Shown here: positions 11,863-24,949 of the stretch, piece by piece
Layout: every line of letters begins with the position of its first letter
Numbering within the stretch: the stretch's first letter is position 1
Source: Eutreptiella sp. 'Long Island Sound 2002'
Lineage: Eukaryota > Protista > Euglenida
Direction of reading: 5' to 3'
Assembly: GCA_964036045.1 (NCBI GenBank)
Contig: OZ038379.1
Span: 65,596,001 to 65,660,000 of the forward strand
DNA length: 64,000 nucleotides
Made by a program: the position numbers and the translations under genes
The notes under the pieces: generated by a model
What the model saw: only the letters and a program-made list of their open reading frames with translations
Databases searched by the model: none
Told to the model about the DNA's origin: nothing

Positions 11863-14800
11863 CTACACAAGCGGAAAGGGGGTATGGAGTGGGGTTCGCG
11901 GTGGACCCAAAGAAGAGGAGTAAGGGTTGGACCCGCAACCCTTAGGCATGCCAACATCTCTACAAACCCGTTTTGCAAACATTCTACCACGAAAAACCCC
12001 CTCAAGACCCTAGCATACACATGCAATTAACGGCGCAAATAGTTTAAAATCTACAAATTTCTAGGTATTCTCGTTTAACATGTTAAAATTTGTCGGTTTA
12101 ACATTCCTCATCTTTCAAAAATAACAATTGAAAATATTGGATATTGGATTTAACATTGGTCTCTTCTTCTTTTTCAAGTGGATAAGTAGCCTGATGAAGT
12201 CGAACGCCGGGATGGCCGTGTGCGGGGACAAAGGCATGGCCGCATTCACTTTAATATGGGCCAGCAACTGTGAGGTATTTGGCCGTTTTGTTGTCCATTT
12301 GTTTTTGCGGTAATCTCTCGAGGTTCATATCTCAAAGCTCAATCCTATTAAGTCATATCGAAACATTACTAGGTTATTAGCCGCCAAAAAAGTGCGGCAA
12401 CGAGTAACGCGGATTTTTGTTGTCGGTGTTGCGATCTAATCATATCCACGAGAAGTTCTATGGGGCAACACGCTCGTTGCCTGATGAATTGGTCAGTCGG
12501 GAAAGCAACCCTTCATGTGCCACCTTACCGGCATCACGAGATCGCCAAGGTGCGGTGGCCTGGGTGCACGTTGAAGACCGGTGGACATTGGCAAGTCTGG
12601 CAGGTGTTGGTTGGTGCTACCAGGCGACGGGCCGCAGCTAGGAGTATGGGGGATGTGTAGGGGAGCCCAACGTTGTAGTAGACCAGTGCTAGGTTTTTCT
12701 TTGCGGTATCTGTTGCACGGCCTCACCAATCTTCTTTTGGACTTCCCCTAGGCGGGGCTCAATCAACACCACTTGGAGATGGTTGATGGCCATGTAACAA
12801 TACACGAACTACTGGTCACCACCCGTGTCAAGTCGAGGATTGCGGCCACACCCAATGGGGGGAAGGCGCCTGCATCGTACCTCCCTTTGGAGGAAATTGG
12901 CCACAATTAGCCCGTGCATGAAATGATGGTGAGTGGCAGGTGTTGTTGCCATACACGACGTCCTATGTTATGTCTTGGGCGTGCAAAGAAATGATCTTGG
13001 CGAGAGCCTAAAATCTGACAGGACAAATCTTACCTACATGTGACGTGGAGTTTGTTAGGCTTTCAAAGCATGGTGATGAGATAGGCATTGAACGATTCAT
13101 TGCCCGGGAAACATTTTTTTCCAATTGTGTATAAGTGGTTTGGTTCCACAAGTAAATACCTTTGTGTCATTTGAGATGTGCCTCCCTTTGTCTTTTGCAT
13201 GTATGCTACTCCATCGAAAGCATGCAAATTATTTGGGACATTGTATCCTGCAAGACTACGTAGGTGTGCATTCCTTGCCTTGCTTTGCAGTGTGCCCCAC
13301 TACACTGCACAACACACCAATTCCTTACGGTTCAATTGCTCTTTGTTATGGTAGCATGTCTGCCCCCCCCCGGTCCATTGGCAATGATGAAATTTTATGT
13401 GTCAATGTGTCTTGGTGTGTCAGGTGTCTGACATGCTTGTTGAGTATCTTTGGTGTCGTGGGCTGTTTATGAGCATTCTTTGAACAATGTTTTGAGGACG
13501 ACACTTCTTCGGTGCATGATTTATCCTCATTATGCTGCCTATGTTGTATGCCACGCATGTGACATGACAAAAGGAAAGCATGTCCTTGCGGCACGCCCCC
13601 TTCGCATGTGCGTGATGCATGTGTGCACTTGTTTTCGCAGTTCACCTGTCAACAAGCCCTGAATTCTCGGACCTGAATCTCTAGTGTCTTAGCACAAACA
13701 CCCTGAATCATGTTTTGCACTTTGTGTTCTTATTAGATGTCTCACACGATGCATCGTCTTCAAATATTGGAGATGAAATTTATTGTCTTTGTTGTGTCTT
13801 TGTCCTTGGCCTTGTCGGTGCCCTTGTCGACCCCTTGTCGATCGTACCTAACACACTTCAGGAACTCCCAGCGGTGAAGCAGGGTACATGGAGCGCAAGA
13901 TAATAGTTCTAGGTTAGATTACACGGCTCATGCTTACGTAACAATTTTTTCTGCTTGATGTGTCCAAGAGTGCAAAAAATTGTTGGTGATCAGCGATACT
14001 CGATATGCCAGATACTTCGAGCGCATGCCCAACATCAATATGTGCAGATTATATCAATGTGAAGAGTCCAACAGCAAACGCGACTGGCTCGAGCTCAGTT
14101 CAGGCAAGGCTCAACATAAGAGGAAGGCAACGGCACAAAGTCAAGTGGCATGAACCAAGACAAGAAGGAGCGAGGAAGGAGATGATGAGAGGGGTGACAA
14201 GAAAGTTTTGTCCAAATCCGTGGGCGCACTAACGTGCGATGGTGCCCGTGTTGCCGGACTCATGACAAGAATCTGCACTAGGGAACTTTTTTTTTGTTTT
14301 TTCGAACCCAATAACAATCAATCCTTGCATTGAGATGTCCCCAACAACCTCCCAGGCTTCAGTGGCCTTCATCCTCAGCAGCTGAATTTCAAATATGCAC
14401 TACTCATGTTCCAGTCCCTAACCTTACACATGCAGTGTTATGTGCGACGGCTGTTGTGGTCATTGGTGTGTCAGACCCCACACGGATTTCTTGACGTATG
14501 TGTTACCTTGCAGTTTGTGCGACATTCTTCCACAGAACGATGATGTGTGGAGTGTGGATCATTGAAGTCATATGTGTATGCATATTGTATGTGCATGCGA
14601 ATTGCATGTACATGGATTGTATGTGCATTGTACAAGGATCCTTGCATGCATGGTGCGTTATTCCCACTAAGTGGTATCCACCTCGTCATCCTCTGTGCCA
14701 AGGGGCTGCGGCCAAAGAAACTTGACTGGCTCTTGGAGTGTTCGTGCAATTGGTTGCCGATGACAACTCGTTCCTAGTGAGGACATCAAGGGGTCACATT

Positions 14801-17709
14801 TCAAGGATGCCGTTGATAGTGTCATATCATTGCCTCAGAGATGGCTCGCTTCGTGCAAGTTTGGGCAAGGCAGCACCGGGCTTAGGAAGGGTCGCGCCTT
14901 TCGTAGCACGGGCCTCAAAGACAAGTACCCCCCCCCCTCCCCTCCGTCAAGTTGGATAAGATTGGGATCAAGACAGGGTGCACGCTAGGGCAGAAGTTTT
15001 CTACGAACACATTGTTTCCTTGGATTCTGGATGCTCATCCACACTTTGACACCACCTTCGCATCAAGGCCTGCGCTCACTCTTTCCAAGGCCTTGCAAGC
15101 CGAGGGAGGGTAGGGGCACATTTTCTAGGCTATGGTTGCTCTAACCTGCGAATTTGGGCTTGTGGCCTTGCATTTTGTGCCACACTTGCACCATGTTTTA
15201 GGTGTCTTACATGCACTCGCTGTGTTGAGGGTTTTGGCTTTGGCAGTCTAAAGTTCAATGGTTGGTCCGCTAGACCCTGTTGTATTGGGGCTATGGACTT
15301 CTCCGTTGTACACTACTAGGTAATGAGGTCCCGTGTTTCTTCAGCATCTGTCCTATCCACGCTGCCCAAACAGGTTAATGGGTGAGCATCGGGGATAACT
15401 TCCTTGTTAGTAAAAGTGGTAGCAAGAGCATGGTGGAGAAGCCACCGTACATGTGTTTCTTTTGGCATACCAAATTGATAATTGCGCTAGTGGGATTTCT
15501 TTGCCATGCCATTCGTCCCGTCCCCTTTTCGTCTTGGCTCCCCAACCCAATATAGAGAAGGGGCCGGCCTTGCCCCGAATGTGTTACGAGTGCACGAAGG
15601 CACACCAGCCCACGATAGAGCATCACACTAGACAAGTTTGGGTCGGCACTGTCACTTTCGCGGTTATTGGTTGGTGTGACACAGCCATAAAATTGCAAAA
15701 AGTGCTGCATAGTCGCTGCCTGCATGTCGGTTTTGGTCAGGGAAACTAACCCACTCAGTGTTGTCTCAAGCTTTTTCTCCAAGTATACACATGTAGGGAG
15801 GATAGTCTGACCAAATGAGCAGCGCCAACGAGATGGCATCCAAGTACCATGCTCTCCTCCGTGTCTATGGAGCCCCGAAAGAGAAGCCATTGCATTTGCA
15901 ACTCTTTCTTGACATGCAACCCCATATGGGAAAAATGAAGACGCCGGCGGCATTGCCTAACATCGCGTCCCATTAGAAAGAGGAGAGGGGCGTATTTGAT
16001 TAGAAGTGTTCGCAAAACACGCAACCGGTAGTGGATGCGCTCACACGTGGCCATTGACCTGCCCACCCGCCACGCCCCCCGGGCAATGGATCGCCGTTCC
16101 GTGTTGCCCAGACGCGGGCTGCAAGAGAGGGTGCAAGGACCATGCATATGATGAGAATGAGGTCAAGGGCACCAAGGACACTACCCGTAGTGTGGTACTT
16201 TAGGAAGCTAGATAACCCAAGGGCAATCCAAATTGGTCAGTACGCAGTGTACAAATTTCCCACGGACATTTGATACCCGTGCCACACTTAAAAAAACAAA
16301 GGGTGTTTAGCCATGCCCTCTAGAATTTGCTGCAGACGTGCAGCATACATTGTTTTCATACTCCTCCCAAAATCGTTCACATATGAAAGTATTGGCAATG
16401 TTAGGACGGACGTATGACATGCTTGGGTGGGCCACTACAATTCAGCAATGGCTCTTATCCATGACCTTAGAAGGGGAGGATATGATCATAGGGCATTAGG
16501 ATACATTGGCCCCAATGATGAGGTGTGCCATGGATCCATGGAGACACCGCACCTCCGGATGTCTCGGGGTGCACGCACATACTCAAACTACAAGTTGGAT
16601 TGTAGCAGTGTTGGAACATGGCATCTAATATGCCTAGCTGCGTCCTGCAGATTACGGCGGAGAACGTAGACATTGGCTATGAGGGCCAGATGTGTGGGGT
16701 GCCCAGGAAACCATGTTTGCAGGGGATCCATGAATGGAAGGGCTGTTCCATTGATTCTCTTATCCCTTACCTCTCCAGGGTTCCGGTTGTATTTTTGCTC
16801 ATTGAATTTGTGAATCCACAAGATAACGGGATAAGCTGCAGTTAATAAAGAGTTTGTCACTTGCAGCTCCATGTGCACGGTGATGGACACACGCTTCTTT
16901 CGGGGATGAACACTGCCCGTCCCCGAAGGGCTTTGCATTGTACCTTGATAAGGTGCCATCAACGCTTTCGGGGCTTCATGCCGCACACTCTGCGGCAGGG
17001 CCTGCTTCTTGTATGTTGTGTACAAGGTCCACACACAACTCGTGAAGGGCCCAATTTAGTGGTTGGACTTGTTGGTTTTACCCGATGATTTCTGCAATCG
17101 AACACTTTTTTTACGGCCGCCCTTGTTGGAACAAAAATCCTGGAGGTGCCACACAACTGGACGTGCCAATCTCTTGTCCACGTCATCGTCGATGAGGTTC
17201 CTCACGTATTTGTTGGGGTTTTCAATTGTTGCATGGGTGTTGTCCACTCGGAGCCACCCTTCACAGACACCGATTGATTCATAAAAAAAAAGAGCCCCGC
17301 ATCACGGCGATGTGAGGTGTTTGACACGTCTATGACACAACACATGTTAGACGTCTGCCATGTAGTCACACCAACCAGGCCATATATGGGTATGGTCAAA
17401 ACCGAACCCTAGCGACCTACGTTCAATCCCATATCTTAATTTTCAAATTTTATTTTGAAAGGCAATAAAAGTTACACATGCAAATTCTAACACGTTAAAT
17501 GAGAACACTTTGAATTTGGAGGATTTTAAAGTATTTGCGGTCTTATTGGCATGCAGATGCTAGGGTCCCGGGCGTGTTTTATTTGGTAGAATGTTGCACA
17601 AACGATTTATAGAGATGTTCGATTGCCTAAGGGTTGGGTGTCCAGCCCCTAGTCCATTTCTTTGGGTTGACCTCCAACCCCATTCCACACCTCCTTTTCC
17701 CTTGTATAG

Positions 17710-19210
17710 GACTTGTTATGTCCTTCTCTCGGGACACCATTCTCCGGAGTGGTATGATGCTTGTACGTTTAAGTGGAGCCAAGACTTTGCGGGATACTTC
17801 GGCTTGCCAACTCCTTGCTAAGTGCGTGGCTTCGTCCCCCTTGGCCGAAGGCCGTTGGGTGGTGGCCACAGCGGTTGGCTACCCCTCCCTTATTCGTACT
17901 CAGCAAGTGGAGGCAGTGAAGCACCATACCTCTTTCTCCTTTTCTGCGGCCGGGTTGATGGGGCTACTCATGGACCTCAATGTCACCCAGGCGGGGTTGT
18001 GCCACCCTTTAGAGTTTGTGCCTCGGCGAGCGATTGGCTATACGGCCGCTACGAGCCACATTTTGCCATGACCCATCCGCACGCGGCAAGCCTTCTTGGA
18101 CACGACGAAGGATGTGGCCAAGCTGCTAGAGTTGCGGCCCGCCGTGACCGTGGCCTACCAATCGGCTACTGACCGCAATTGGCCCGTGCATTCACGGGGC
18201 TGCTACTTTCAATCCCGTCCACCAGGAGTGGACACTATTGATTGGGGCTGGCGCCTCACTTCTAACGAACGGGCGGAGGTGTACCTGTGTGCGGGTGGCA
18301 ATTGGACCCAATTGTCCATCGGGCTCCTCAATCACGGCAAACGGGGCCACACACCCGCCTACTTGTGGGTCATTGGGATGGATGTGTGCGGCAACAAAGA
18401 CGTTGCTGCATTGGCCACTATGGGGGTCCAAAACCCTCAGGTATTTTGCGCTTTGGTGTTGCATTGAATTGGGGCTTGTTTTGTTTCCAATTTGCTCACT
18501 TACAAAGGAAAATTGTTTCAACTTTAACCAGAACGAAAATTTGCGCTAAAATTTGGACGAAAAAGTTCTACCCCCATTTGAACGCACACACTTTGGTGTA
18601 GGTGTTGCAGTGGATTCACAACTCCAAAATTTTATGTTGGGCAACCCGGTGGGTGCCGGCTGCGCTGGTTCTTGGGTGGGACAAGCCTTTTATTCCCCTC
18701 CTCATCTGGGTGCCCACGTTGCCCCAAGTTGGGTCAATTTAGAATAGGGGGCTATGGGACAAAGTGGCGGCGAAGTGGTTGCACGTGGACGTGCACCATA
18801 CTTTGGATGCTGAGGCAGCTGCCCGTCACCAAAATGAGGCGACGGGCCGCACCTTGTATCATGGGGGGTGCATAGCGGATCCTCACATCGTGGTGCATAG
18901 GTGTTTGGTTTTCCGATACATCCTCCATTGATGCATGGCCATTGGCCGCCTTTAGGTTGCTTTTGTCGAGGCGCGCCTAGAGGCACTCCCCAAGGACAAC
19001 GCCGAGAACGTGCAACCGTTGCTGTACCGAGCGCGCACAGGGGCTAAGCTAGGTGCCTCGGCCGCGCCGCACGGGGACGAGGCCGGGGCCCTCTTCCTTG
19101 CATGGAAGGAGATGGGCTCATTATTGGCCTATGCCTCGCACGACCCCAAATGGCAAGCTGTTGTTGCCATGCGGGATCTACTTCGGGATTTATAAAGTGA
19201 CCTCTGGTGA
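17710..19210 (+). pseudogene. RAG1-core/Transib-like transposase, family 1, copy 2 (3'-truncated)
   Basis: Homologous to copy 1: LVMSFSRDTIL...LMDLNVTQAG...GGNWTQLSIGLLNHGKRGHTPAYLWVIGMDVCGNKD; intron; GGDKPFI; ILH*CMAIGR; QPLLYRARTG...MRDLLRDL. Unrelated sequence follows ~19210. Confidence 0.75.
18441..18601 (+). other. GT-AG intron (161 bp) in family 1 copy 2; equivalent intron at 20961-21121 in copy 3
   Basis: CCTCAG|GTATTTTG...TTTGGTGTAG|GTGTTGCAG joins NPQ to VLQWIH in frame. Confidence 0.85.
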
Positions 19211-19977
19211 TGACCCTTTTCTAGCAAGCCATTGGGGAAAGGCGGCAATCAGGAGGAAACGTTCGACTGTGCGAGCAAAATGCAAATACCAAGAGTCCAA
19301 GAATGGTTGACACCGAAGGCGGACTAGGTAAGTGATGTACCCACCCTTGGGGGTTTGGAATCGGCGTCCAATGGTGCTGCCCCGTGACATTCCAATTCTC
19401 TGGGTTGCGGGCCTCACACACCGAACAACCCGTTCTCACCTTCTTGATGGTTTGATATACAGCAATATCGTACTTATCGAACCGCTATAGCATATCTTGG
19501 ACTTGCTTTCACACTAAGGGAGCCATACCTAACGGACCCACTAAGATGGGTGTCATGGAGGAGGTAGAAAATGCAGTTTCACGGAGTAAGGCCTTTGAGG
19601 GGTAGTTGAGCATTCTTGCTTTCAAGGGTGGAAATCACAACTAAAGCACATTCAAAGATGTTCCGCCTCCTGCAAATTGCATTGTAGGAAATGACACCAT
19701 TGAAGGCACCCCGGCAAACAACAAGCAAGTGGCACACCACATGGTTCATCAACGAAGCCGCGGTATGACATTGGAGGATGTGTGCGTCTAGCAATCATCA
19801 GTTTGACGAGGTGCTGCAAAGTAGACGGACCCGGCGCTGCTGTCGAAAAATCTAAGCGAATCAACGTCAAAAATAGTCTGTTGTGATATTAGGGCCTTAT
19901 ACATCGAGCAGCTCGGGTCAGCTGGCTTGTCGAGAAACACACTTGCAGAAGTGCAATGGGGGGTGGAGCAGCTGGGA

Positions 19978-20760
19978 GGTAACAAGGGGGTCTAACAAGG
20001 GGGGGTCTAGCAAGGGGGGTCTAACAAAGGGGGGTCTAACAAGGGGGGGCCTAATAAGGGGGGGCCTAAGAAGGGGGGGATCTAACAAGGCGGGGTCTAA
20101 CAAGGGGTGTCTAACAAGGGGGGGTCTAACAAGGGGGGGTCTAACAAGCGGGGGGTCTAACAAGGGGGAGTCTAACAAGGGGGGGTCTAGTAAGAGGGGG
20201 TGTAAAAATGGGTTCTAACAAGGAGGGTCTAACAAGGGGGGGTCTAACCAGGGTGGCCTAACAAGGGGGGTTCTAACACGGGGGGGTCTAACAAGGGGGA
20301 TCTAACAAGGGGGGGTCTAACAAGGGGGGGCCTAACAAGGCGCGGTCTAACAAGGAGGGGCCTAACAAGGGGGGGTCTAACAAGGGGGGGTCTAACAAGG
20401 GGGGGGCGAACAATGTGGGGTGTGGCAAGGGGGGGTCTAACAAGGGGGGGTCTAACAAGGGGGGGTCTAACAAGGGGGGTTTAACAAAGGGGGTCTAACA
20501 AGGCGGGGGATAACAAGGGGGGGTCTAACAAGGGGGGGGTCTGGCAAGAGGGGTCCAAAAGGGGGGGTCTAACAAGGGGGGATCTAACAAGGGGGGGGTC
20601 TACCAAGGGGGGGGTCTACCAAGGGGGGGTCTAACAAGTGGGGGTCTAGCAAGAGGGGGCCTAACAAGGGGAGGTTTAAGAAGGGGGGGTCTAACAAAGG
20701 GGGAGTAACAAGGGGGGGTGTAACAAGGGGTTCTAACAAGGGGGGTCTAACACGGGGGGG
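19978..20760 (+). repeat. G-rich minisatellite, ~15-bp unit GGGGGGTCTAACAAG
   Basis: About 50 tandem degenerate copies read directly. Confidence 0.98.
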
Positions 20761-20784
20761 AGCTCCAGGGGCCCCTCACCTTTA

Positions 20785-21730
20785 ACGAATAGGCGGAGGT
20801 GAACCTGTGTGCGGGCGGCAATTGGACCCAATTGTCCATTGGGCACCTCAGTCACGGCAAACGGGGCCACACACACTCCTACTTGTGGGTCATTGGGATG
20901 GGTGTGTGCGGCAACAAAGACGTTGCCGCATTGGCCACTATGGGGGTCCGAAACCTTCAGGTATTTTGCGCTTTGGTGTTGCATTGAATTGGGGCTTGTT
21001 TTGTTTCCAATGTGCTCACTTACAAAGGAAAATTGTTTCAACTTTAACCTGAACGAAAATTTGCGCTAAAATTTGGACGAAAAAGTTCTACCCCCATTTG
21101 AACGCACACACTTTGGTGTAGGTGTTGCAGTGGATTCACAACTGCAAAAGTTCTTGTTTGGCAACCCGGTGGGTGCCGGCCATGCTAGTTCTTGGGGGGG
21201 ACAAGCCTTTTATTCCCCTCCTCGTCTGGGTGCCCACGTTGCCCCAAGTTGGGTCAATTTAGAATAGGGGGCTATGGGACAAAGTGGCGGCGAAGTGGTT
21301 GCACGTGGACGTGCACCAGACTTTGGATGCTGAGGCAGCTGCCCGTCACCAAAATGAGGCGACGGGCCGCACCTTGTATCATGGGGGGTGCATAGCGGAT
21401 CCTCACATCGTGGTGCATAGGTGTTTGGTTTTCCGATACATCCTCCATTGATCCATGGCCATCGGCCGCCTTTAGGTTGCTTTTGTCGAGGCGCGCCTAG
21501 AGGCACTCCCCAAGGACAACGCCGAGAACGTGCAACCGTTGCTGTACCGCGCGCGCACAGGGGCTAAGCTAGGTGCCTCGGCCGCGCCGCACGGGGACGA
21601 GGCCGGGGCCCTCTTCCTTGCATGGAAGGAGATGGGCCCATTTTTGGCCTATGCCTCGCACGACCCCAAATGGCAAGCTGTTGTTGCCATGCGGGATCTA
21701 CTTCGGGATTTATAAAGTGACCTCTGGTGA
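20785..21730 (+). pseudogene. RAG1-core/Transib-like transposase, family 1, copy 3 (duplicate of the 3' part of copy 2)
   Basis: CAGGNWTQLSIGHLSHGKRGHTHSYLWVIGMGVCGNKD, intron 20961-21121, GGDKPFI, MRDLLRDL. Confidence 0.75.
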
Positions 21731-22589
21731 TGACCCTTTTCTAGCAAGCCATTGGGGAAAGGCGGCAATCAGGAGGAAATGTTCGACTGTGCGAGCAAAA
21801 TGCAAATACCAGGAGTCCAAGAATGGTTGACACCGAAGGCGGAGTAGGTAATTGATGTACCCACCCTTGGGGGTTTGGAATCGGCGTCCAATGGTGCTGC
21901 CCCGTGACATTCCAATTCTCTGGGTTGCGGGCCTCACACACCGAACAACCCGTTCTCACCTTCTTGATGGTCTGCTATACAGCAATATCGTACATATCGA
22001 ACCGCTATAGCATCCTGGACTTGCTTTCACACTGAGGGAGCCATACCTAACGGACCCACTAAGATGGGTGCCATGGAGGAGGTAGAAAATCCAGTTTCAC
22101 GCAGTAAGGCCTTTGAGGGGTAGTTGAGCATTCTTGCTTTCAAGGGTTGAAATCACAACTAAAGCACATTCAAAGACGTTCCGCCTCCTGCAAATTGCAT
22201 TGTAGGAAATGACACCATTGAAGGCACCCCGGCAAGCAACAGGCAAGTGGCACGCCACATGGTTCATCAACGAAGCCGCGGTATGACATTGGAGGATGTG
22301 TGCGTCTAGCAATCATTAGTTTAACGATGTGCTGCAAAGTAGACGGACCTGACGCTGCTGTCGAAAAATCTAGGCGAATCAACTTCCAAAATAGTCTATT
22401 GTGATATTAGGGCCTTATACATCGAGCAGCTCGGGTCAGCTGGCTTGTCGGGAAACACACTTGCAGAAGTGAAATGGGGCGTGGAGCAGCACCGGCTAGC
22501 GGCTTCTCAAGGAAAAAGAGAGGGGAAAATATCAAAGCTGTGTGGTGTATGTGCATGGTATTACTCATGCAATGTATTGTGCACATATG

Positions 22590-24240
22590 CCAAACAAATC
22601 ACCGAAGAAAGTATCATGTTGACGGTTGTCCCGTATTGTAATCGTCCATGTAATATGAACAACATGCGTTGTCTCAACGTCTTGTGTAATGTTCCGTGTG
22701 GTGAACAAGATTTTTTGGAAAGGAGCAGGTGACAGCCGCTTTGCGCCGACAAAAACGTGTGATATGTGGGTTCGGCAAAAATGTACTTCGTGCCGGTTGT
22801 TGTCCTCCGGCATCATGCTGCAGAAGCTAGCATTCAAGGAGAGCGGCTGGGCACACCATAACACTTCAATTTGACTTTTTTGAAGCTTCAGCTTGTTCCT
22901 CCTAGGGACATATACCCTCTTCTTTGCAAGCTTGTGCGAAAGCAACCGGCCCCAGCTATTTGCTTTGGCACGATACAACACAGCATACGACAGAACACCG
23001 CAGCACACCACAATGCACTAGACCACACCACATCAAGTCAAATTTGCGTCATTTCCGGCGGGGGCCCCATGGTCATGGTTGGAAACATCCCTTCAATTGC
23101 AGCATACCCGCTTCCAACCCAAATTTTGGTCAACTATATGAGACCCAACAAAATGGTGCAAAAAAGTGGGGTCAAAATTTCATTTTGCTTTTTTCGGTCA
23201 TGAATGATAGAAAACATTTCGAAGTTTTGACCTGAAAGAAGGGCACGGTGGGGGGGTTGTGTGCAAATGGGGCATATGTGTTGCACCCTACTAGAAACCA
23301 CCTATCATGAACCACCGCTCCGCCCACTGTCTCTACCACAGCCTTTCGTCTCCTAAGTAACTTTCAAACTGGCGTTTCTCAAACAGTTTGGACAACGCTA
23401 TTGCGAGCAAAAGCAGCTGACCCCAGGTGGCCCTTCCACAAAGTTATGTTGAAAAACCACCCTCCACGACGATGTTCCATCCAAACCATCAGATTCGAGG
23501 CCCAGACACAGGTGATGAAAAATTCTTGTGGTGCCATGGCTTGCGGCATGCTGCTGTGTGCTATCTTGGGGTGGGTTGTGTTGTTTTCTCCAGCTGTCGA
23601 CGAAACAACTAGACCTGGTTGGTTTTGTACAAACCTGGTATTGACATGGTGATCCCTCCATTAGCAGCAACCCCTAGCTGCAACGGACCAAAAATCCATG
23701 TGCTGAGGTGTGTTGTGGTGTATTGTGGTGTGCTGTGCAGTCATGTGCTGCGATATGCAACACTGTAGTGTTTTGTATTGTATTGTAATGTTGTGTGCTG
23801 CACTCCGCCGTGGTGTGGTGTGCCGCGCTGCGTTGTGACGTGCCATGCCCTTCACACGATGTGTGGTGCCATGCCGCTACCACTACTGCCCTATGCATCA
23901 CGCCTTGGGTTGTACACAACAGACAAGCACAGTAGATCTTAGATTGGGCCTCGACGGCTGGCCCTAGGTGCTCTCATTAAAGATTAGGTGTTGAAGGGGG
24001 AAGTCAAAGCAGAGCGACCAGCAACAGATGCATTTCGTCCAAATCTCATTTCACACATCCTTTTCAAAATAGGACACCTAGCCGGAGCTGCTTTTTGCAA
24101 AATGTACTTCACCACATGGAGCTTCACACATTATGACGAGACACCGCATGTGTGGTGAATTGTTTGCACTACACAAAATGCTATAATAAAGGACAGCCAG
24201 TAACATGAACCTGCACCAATAGAATGTGTGTAGCTGCCCC
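22590..24240. repeat. Diverged inverted repeat pair (22590-23040 versus 23700-24240), each arm ending in a pentamer tract
   Basis: The reverse complement of 24085-24240 aligns with 22610-22735 (CATGTT...ATGCG.TGTCTC...TGTGGTGAA...TTTT.(G)AAA.GAGC). A CACAA/CACCA-type tract lies at 22965-23035 and a TGTGG/TGTTG-type tract at 23705-23850. Confidence 0.7.
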
Positions 24241-24949
24241 AACTGCTGCCGTACAAAACACACCTGAAGGAGTTCGCATTCACTTACCCCCAAAATAAAG
24301 ACCCTAAATCGCAGTGCTAATCTACGAGGTTGCAACTTGCAAAAACAAAGGCGGAAAAAGGGGGGGGTCCATTTCAGCGGCATCACTCTTATTAGGATCC
24401 TAACCAAATACTAAAAGTAACCGCTGCATCCCAAAAATTACCCACAGCACCCCTATATACACCCAAAAACACAGAAATTGGGAGATTTTAACATGACCCC
24501 CCCCGGAAAGGGCTAGTATTGGGGATTCCGACCCACGCTCTTACGCCTCGAAAAAGTGTCGGAAAAAAGGTTCGCACTTTGCGTGGTCTAAGCTGTAGAC
24601 ACACAGCAAGAATTGTGCAAGCACGGTACCCAAAACAATGGCATGGTGAACGGCATGGACTGGGGGGGAGGGGGGGCAGGAAAGTTAAGACTCTCAAGGG
24701 CTGTGTTGCCTACCAGCGCCATCGCTTTCCAAAGGTCAAGCGCGAGCCCAACCACTTGTTTGTCCTCTGAACGGAGGCGCAAATGGGGCTTCGTGGCATC
24801 ATAATGCTTGTGCAGCTGTTGCAGCACTCCAAACGACCCATCCCATCATAGGACAAGGGCATTCCACCCCAACATGTGGGACGCCCGTTCGATCAAACGG
24901 GGGGGGGTCAAATTTTCCACACGTGATAAAATTACCCGTTTGCACGTTG

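Larger units (their letters stand above)
18250..22490 (+). repeat. Tandem segmental duplication (~18250-19972 and ~20770-22490)
   Basis: The two ~1.7-kb segments are nearly identical at an offset of ~2520 bp and are separated by the 15-bp satellite. Confidence 0.97.

Noticed and set aside
15375-15953. 192-aa ORF as a DIRS tyrosine recombinase
   Set aside because: No R-H-R-Y tetrad and no adjacent RT/RNase H.
19978-20760. Satellite or 170-bp arrays as CRISPR
   Set aside because: No unique spacers, no cas genes, eukaryotic context.
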